DNA of 64,000 bases from a virus (lineage: Duplodnaviria; Caudoviricetes): IMG/VR virus record IMGVR_UViG_3300031911_000003, positions 11,196 through 75,195 of that record; one strand, 5' to 3'. The position numbers were made by a program, and so were the translations under genes. Below the pieces are notes generated by a model. It ran no database searches. It saw only the letters and a list, made by a program, of their open reading frames with translations, and was not told the origin of the DNA. Numbering within the stretch: the first letter of the stretch is position 1; each line of letters begins with the position of its first letter. Shown piece by piece: positions 61,580-64,000 of the stretch.

Positions 61580-64000
61580 TGGCCTTGCTCCCCTTCGTCG
61601 TGCTGCGCGATGACCCGCGCTGGCCGGCGTGCCTCGACGAGCTTCGCGCCGTGAAGCGTGGCGTCATCGGGCTCGACACTGAATTTTTCGAGGACAAGGC
61701 ATTGCGCGCCGCCGCCGAGGCTTCGGGGCGCACGAACCTCGACGACAATTTCGACCCCTGGTCTACGCGACTGCGCTGCGTGCAGGTCGGCCTGCCGTCC
61801 GGCCTGTGCATGGTCGCGGACTTCGGGTCGCAATTCGACTGGGCGCCGTTCGCAGAGTTTCTGGCCATCCTCCGAGAGAAGTGCGCGGATCCGCGCGTCG
61901 GTAAGGTCGGCTGGTCGCTTGGCACCGAGGCGCTCATACTGCGCCGGCACGCCGACGAGTTCGGCTGGGGTGACTGGGTGCTGCGACGCGGGCGCGACGG
62001 CATGCTCGCGTCGCAGGTGCTCTGGGCCGGCGTCGCCGCGAAGTCGAAGCGCTGGACGGAGCAGGGCCTCGTCATGCAGCAGACGCTGTCGCACAGCTTC
62101 GCCGCGGCGGCCGGGCGGCTCGGCGTAGAGATCGACAAGGATCAGCAGGGTAGCGGCTGGGGCTGCGAGGAGCTCGCTGCCGAGCAGCTCAACTACGCTG
62201 CGCTCGACGTGTACCTGCTACCGACATACGTGGATTCTGAGGGCCGGACGCGAACCGGCACGCTCGGAGAGACGTGGCGGCGGCTGTGCGAGGAGGCGCA
62301 GCGGCAGGGTGTGCTCGACAGCGTCATCGTCGAGTGCGACGCCGCGCCGGCCTTCTACGAGTGCGAGTGGCGCGGCACGCCGCACGACGACGCGCAGTGC
62401 GCCAAGCTCCAAGCGCAGTACAAGCTCGCGGGCGACGACCTCTACGCGCGCGTCTCTGAGCTCCTCGGCGGGGTCCCTGTCGAGGGCGACGGCAGCCAGA
62501 AGGAGACGGCGCTGGCGCTGACGCGCTGGTTGCGAGAGCACGGCTATCTGCACGCGTCGCTCTTCAGGTGGGAGCGAAAGGTAGACGGCCGAATCCAGAC
62601 CTCACGCGCCTTCGACGTCGAGCAGCCCGAGAAGGCGCCGAAGCCGAAGAAGCCGACGGGCAAGCCCAAGGAACCGAAGCGGCTGAAGCGAGACAGCGAT
62701 CTCGACTACTCGGTTAAGGTCTACGCGTTCCAAGACGCGATGCTCGAGTGGGACGCTAAGCAACGTCAATACGCGGAAGAACTCGCGGCGTGGGAAGCTG
62801 AGGCCAAGCAGTCGAAGTGGCGCTTCTGGCCGGAGATGGGTGAGGCGGCGCTCGCGTCTTTCGACTCGTGCGAGCCAGTGAGTGCGCTCATGGAGGCGCG
62901 CAGCTGCCGCAGTACGGAGCGCGTACTCGAGAAGCGCCGCGCGAACAGCTGGGCCGGCAGGAATTGGCGCCCGGCGACGCGCTGCCGCTACTGGCAGATC
63001 GCGGGGGGCTTCGACAGCGGGCGCGGCGAGAGCGACTCAGCCGGCGGCGGCACTGGGCGCAGCTCGAGCAGCAAACCGCTGAACAACCAGAACGTGACGA
63101 CGCTGCCGCTCGGAAAGCAGCGGTCGAAAGAGCTTGGCCTCGACAACGTGCGAACGTGCGTGAGGCCGCAGACACTATTTCGGGAGGGAATCGGCCCTGT
63201 AGCGCGGCGTGCGATGATCGTCGGCGACTTCTCGCAGGCGCACATGCGCATCTTCGCGCAGACGTCGCAGGACCCGGCGCTCCTCGAGGACTTCCGCGCC
63301 GGTCGGGACGCCCACGTGCGCCTCGCTCGTGACTTCTTTCGGGCAGCGAATCCGGGGCACTACTTCGCCGATAAAGACTTCGACTATTGGTGCGAGGTGT
63401 ACCAGACCGGCAAGTCGCATCCCGAGTACGACCTGGTCAAGTCCCCGCGCGGCCCATCGAAGAACGGTAACTATAACTTCCTGAATATGGGCGGCGCGCA
63501 GAAGGTCCGCCAGATCGCGGAGACGGCGCCTGAGCCAGTCCACTTGCCAGCAACGATCGAGGTCGACGGCCTGCAGCGCGATCCTTGGGAGATCATTCAG
63601 GAGCGCTGGCGCGAAACGTACGCGACCGGCTACGCCTGGCAGCGCGACGTGATCCGACGCGCGAATAGAGTGCAGCACACCTTCGCCTTCTGCGATGGCG
63701 AGTACGGAGAGGTCTGGAGCGCCGACGGCAAGCGGCGGCTCTATCTCCTGAAGGAATGGTCCGTCCCGAAGTGGGCGGAGTCGCTGGACGACGGCCGCTG
63801 GAGCGTGAAGGGCACCGACGCGCTCGCTGGCATCATGCAGATGTCGGAGGCGAACGCGCTCAAGATCGCCGCTGCGCTGTGCGTCGCAAAGTTCGACGCC
63901 CACCCGGAGTGGGATGCGTTCGTCTTCAACATCGTCCACGACGAGCTCGACGCGGAGTGCGCCTACGAGCACCGTGAGGCCGTCGCGCGCTGCGTCTTCG
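61579..64000 (+). CDS. polA: Family A DNA polymerase with 3'-5' exonuclease (3' end outside window)
   Basis: Hand-translated: GLDTE (ExoI), YAALDV (ExoIII), TGRSSS..N, DFSQ (motif A), R...K...Y (motif B), VHDEL (motif C); absent from the ORF track because there is no stop. Confidence 0.93.
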   Translation, partial: MALLPFVVLRDDPRWPACLDELRAVKRGVIGLDTEFFEDKALRAAAEASGRTNLDDNFDPWSTRLRCVQVGLPSGLCMVADFGSQFDWAPFAEFLAILREKCADPRVGKVGWSLGTEALILRRHADEFGWGDWVLRRGRDGMLASQVLWAGVAAKSKRWTEQGLVMQQTLSHSFAAAAGRLGVEIDKDQQGSGWGCEELAAEQLNYAALDVYLLPTYVDSEGRTRTGTLGETWRRLCEEAQRQGVLDSVIVECDAAPAFYECEWRGTPHDDAQCAKLQAQYKLAGDDLYARVSELLGGVPVEGDGSQKETALALTRWLREHGYLHASLFRWERKVDGRIQTSRAFDVEQPEKAPKPKKPTGKPKEPKRLKRDSDLDYSVKVYAFQDAMLEWDAKQRQYAEELAAWEAEAKQSKWRFWPEMGEAALASFDSCEPVSALMEARSCRSTERVLEKRRANSWAGRNWRPATRCRYWQIAGGFDSGRGESDSAGGGTGRSSSSKPLNNQNVTTLPLGKQRSKELGLDNVRTCVRPQTLFREGIGPVARRAMIVGDFSQAHMRIFAQTSQDPALLEDFRAGRDAHVRLARDFFRAANPGHYFADKDFDYWCEVYQTGKSHPEYDLVKSPRGPSKNGNYNFLNMGGAQKVRQIAETAPEPVHLPATIEVDGLQRDPWEIIQERWRETYATGYAWQRDVIRRANRVQHTFAFCDGEYGEVWSADGKRRLYLLKEWSVPKWAESLDDGRWSVKGTDALAGIMQMSEANALKIAAALCVAKFDAHPEWDAFVFNIVHDELDAECAYEHREAVARCVF

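Noticed and set aside
59941-62094. 717-aa minus-strand ORF
   Set aside because: Antisense shadow across the SSB, 2H and PolA genes, which carry the recognisable motifs.
1-64000. tRNA/rRNA genes, integrase, PurZ or queuosine-type modification cluster
   Set aside because: I saw no cloverleaf/T-loop signature, recombinase motif or such biosynthetic genes by eye; about the remainder of the genome outside the window nothing can be said.

Overview
The window is most of a high-GC tailed phage genome with a contractile tail (myovirus type). Both ends cut a gene: baseplate J on the left and DNA polymerase on the right. I saw no integrase, repressor/att module, tRNA or CRISPR array, so it looks lytic. 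The host is unknown; a myxobacterium is only a weak inference. Virion genes include a Mu-like portal, prohead protease/scaffold, gpT-like capsid, gp36 adaptor, sheath, tube, chaperone with a -1 frameshift, tape measure, baseplate and TerL. Replication and nucleotide genes include PolA, prim-pol/helicase, an SF2 helicase, SbcCD-like proteins, AAA+SSB, class II RNR, ThyX, dUTPase, dNMP kinase, UDG, a Dam-like MTase and rIIA/B. The genome is not modular: structural genes are scattered in small units on both strands. The main system-level observation is that nearly every scattered late unit has the same ACCATC(T/C/G) box 5-9 nt before its start codon, with no Shine-Dalgarno and no shared -35. The phage also encodes a sigma70-like factor with altered -10 recognition residues and a truncated region 4. 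Together these suggest a -10-only, leaderless late-transcription system that allows gene shuffling. Other notable items are a 79-aa internally deleted sliding-clamp (DnaN) mini-protein, a 59-aa arm-less HU, an 88-bp AT-rich origin-like repeat present twice, a PolA with paired active-site changes (E710H/Y766N by Klenow numbering), an RlmN-like radical SAM enzyme, a POT peptide transporter, a pseudo-dUTPase and an Acb1-like 2H phosphoesterase. All family assignments come from motif recognition by eye; no searches were run.
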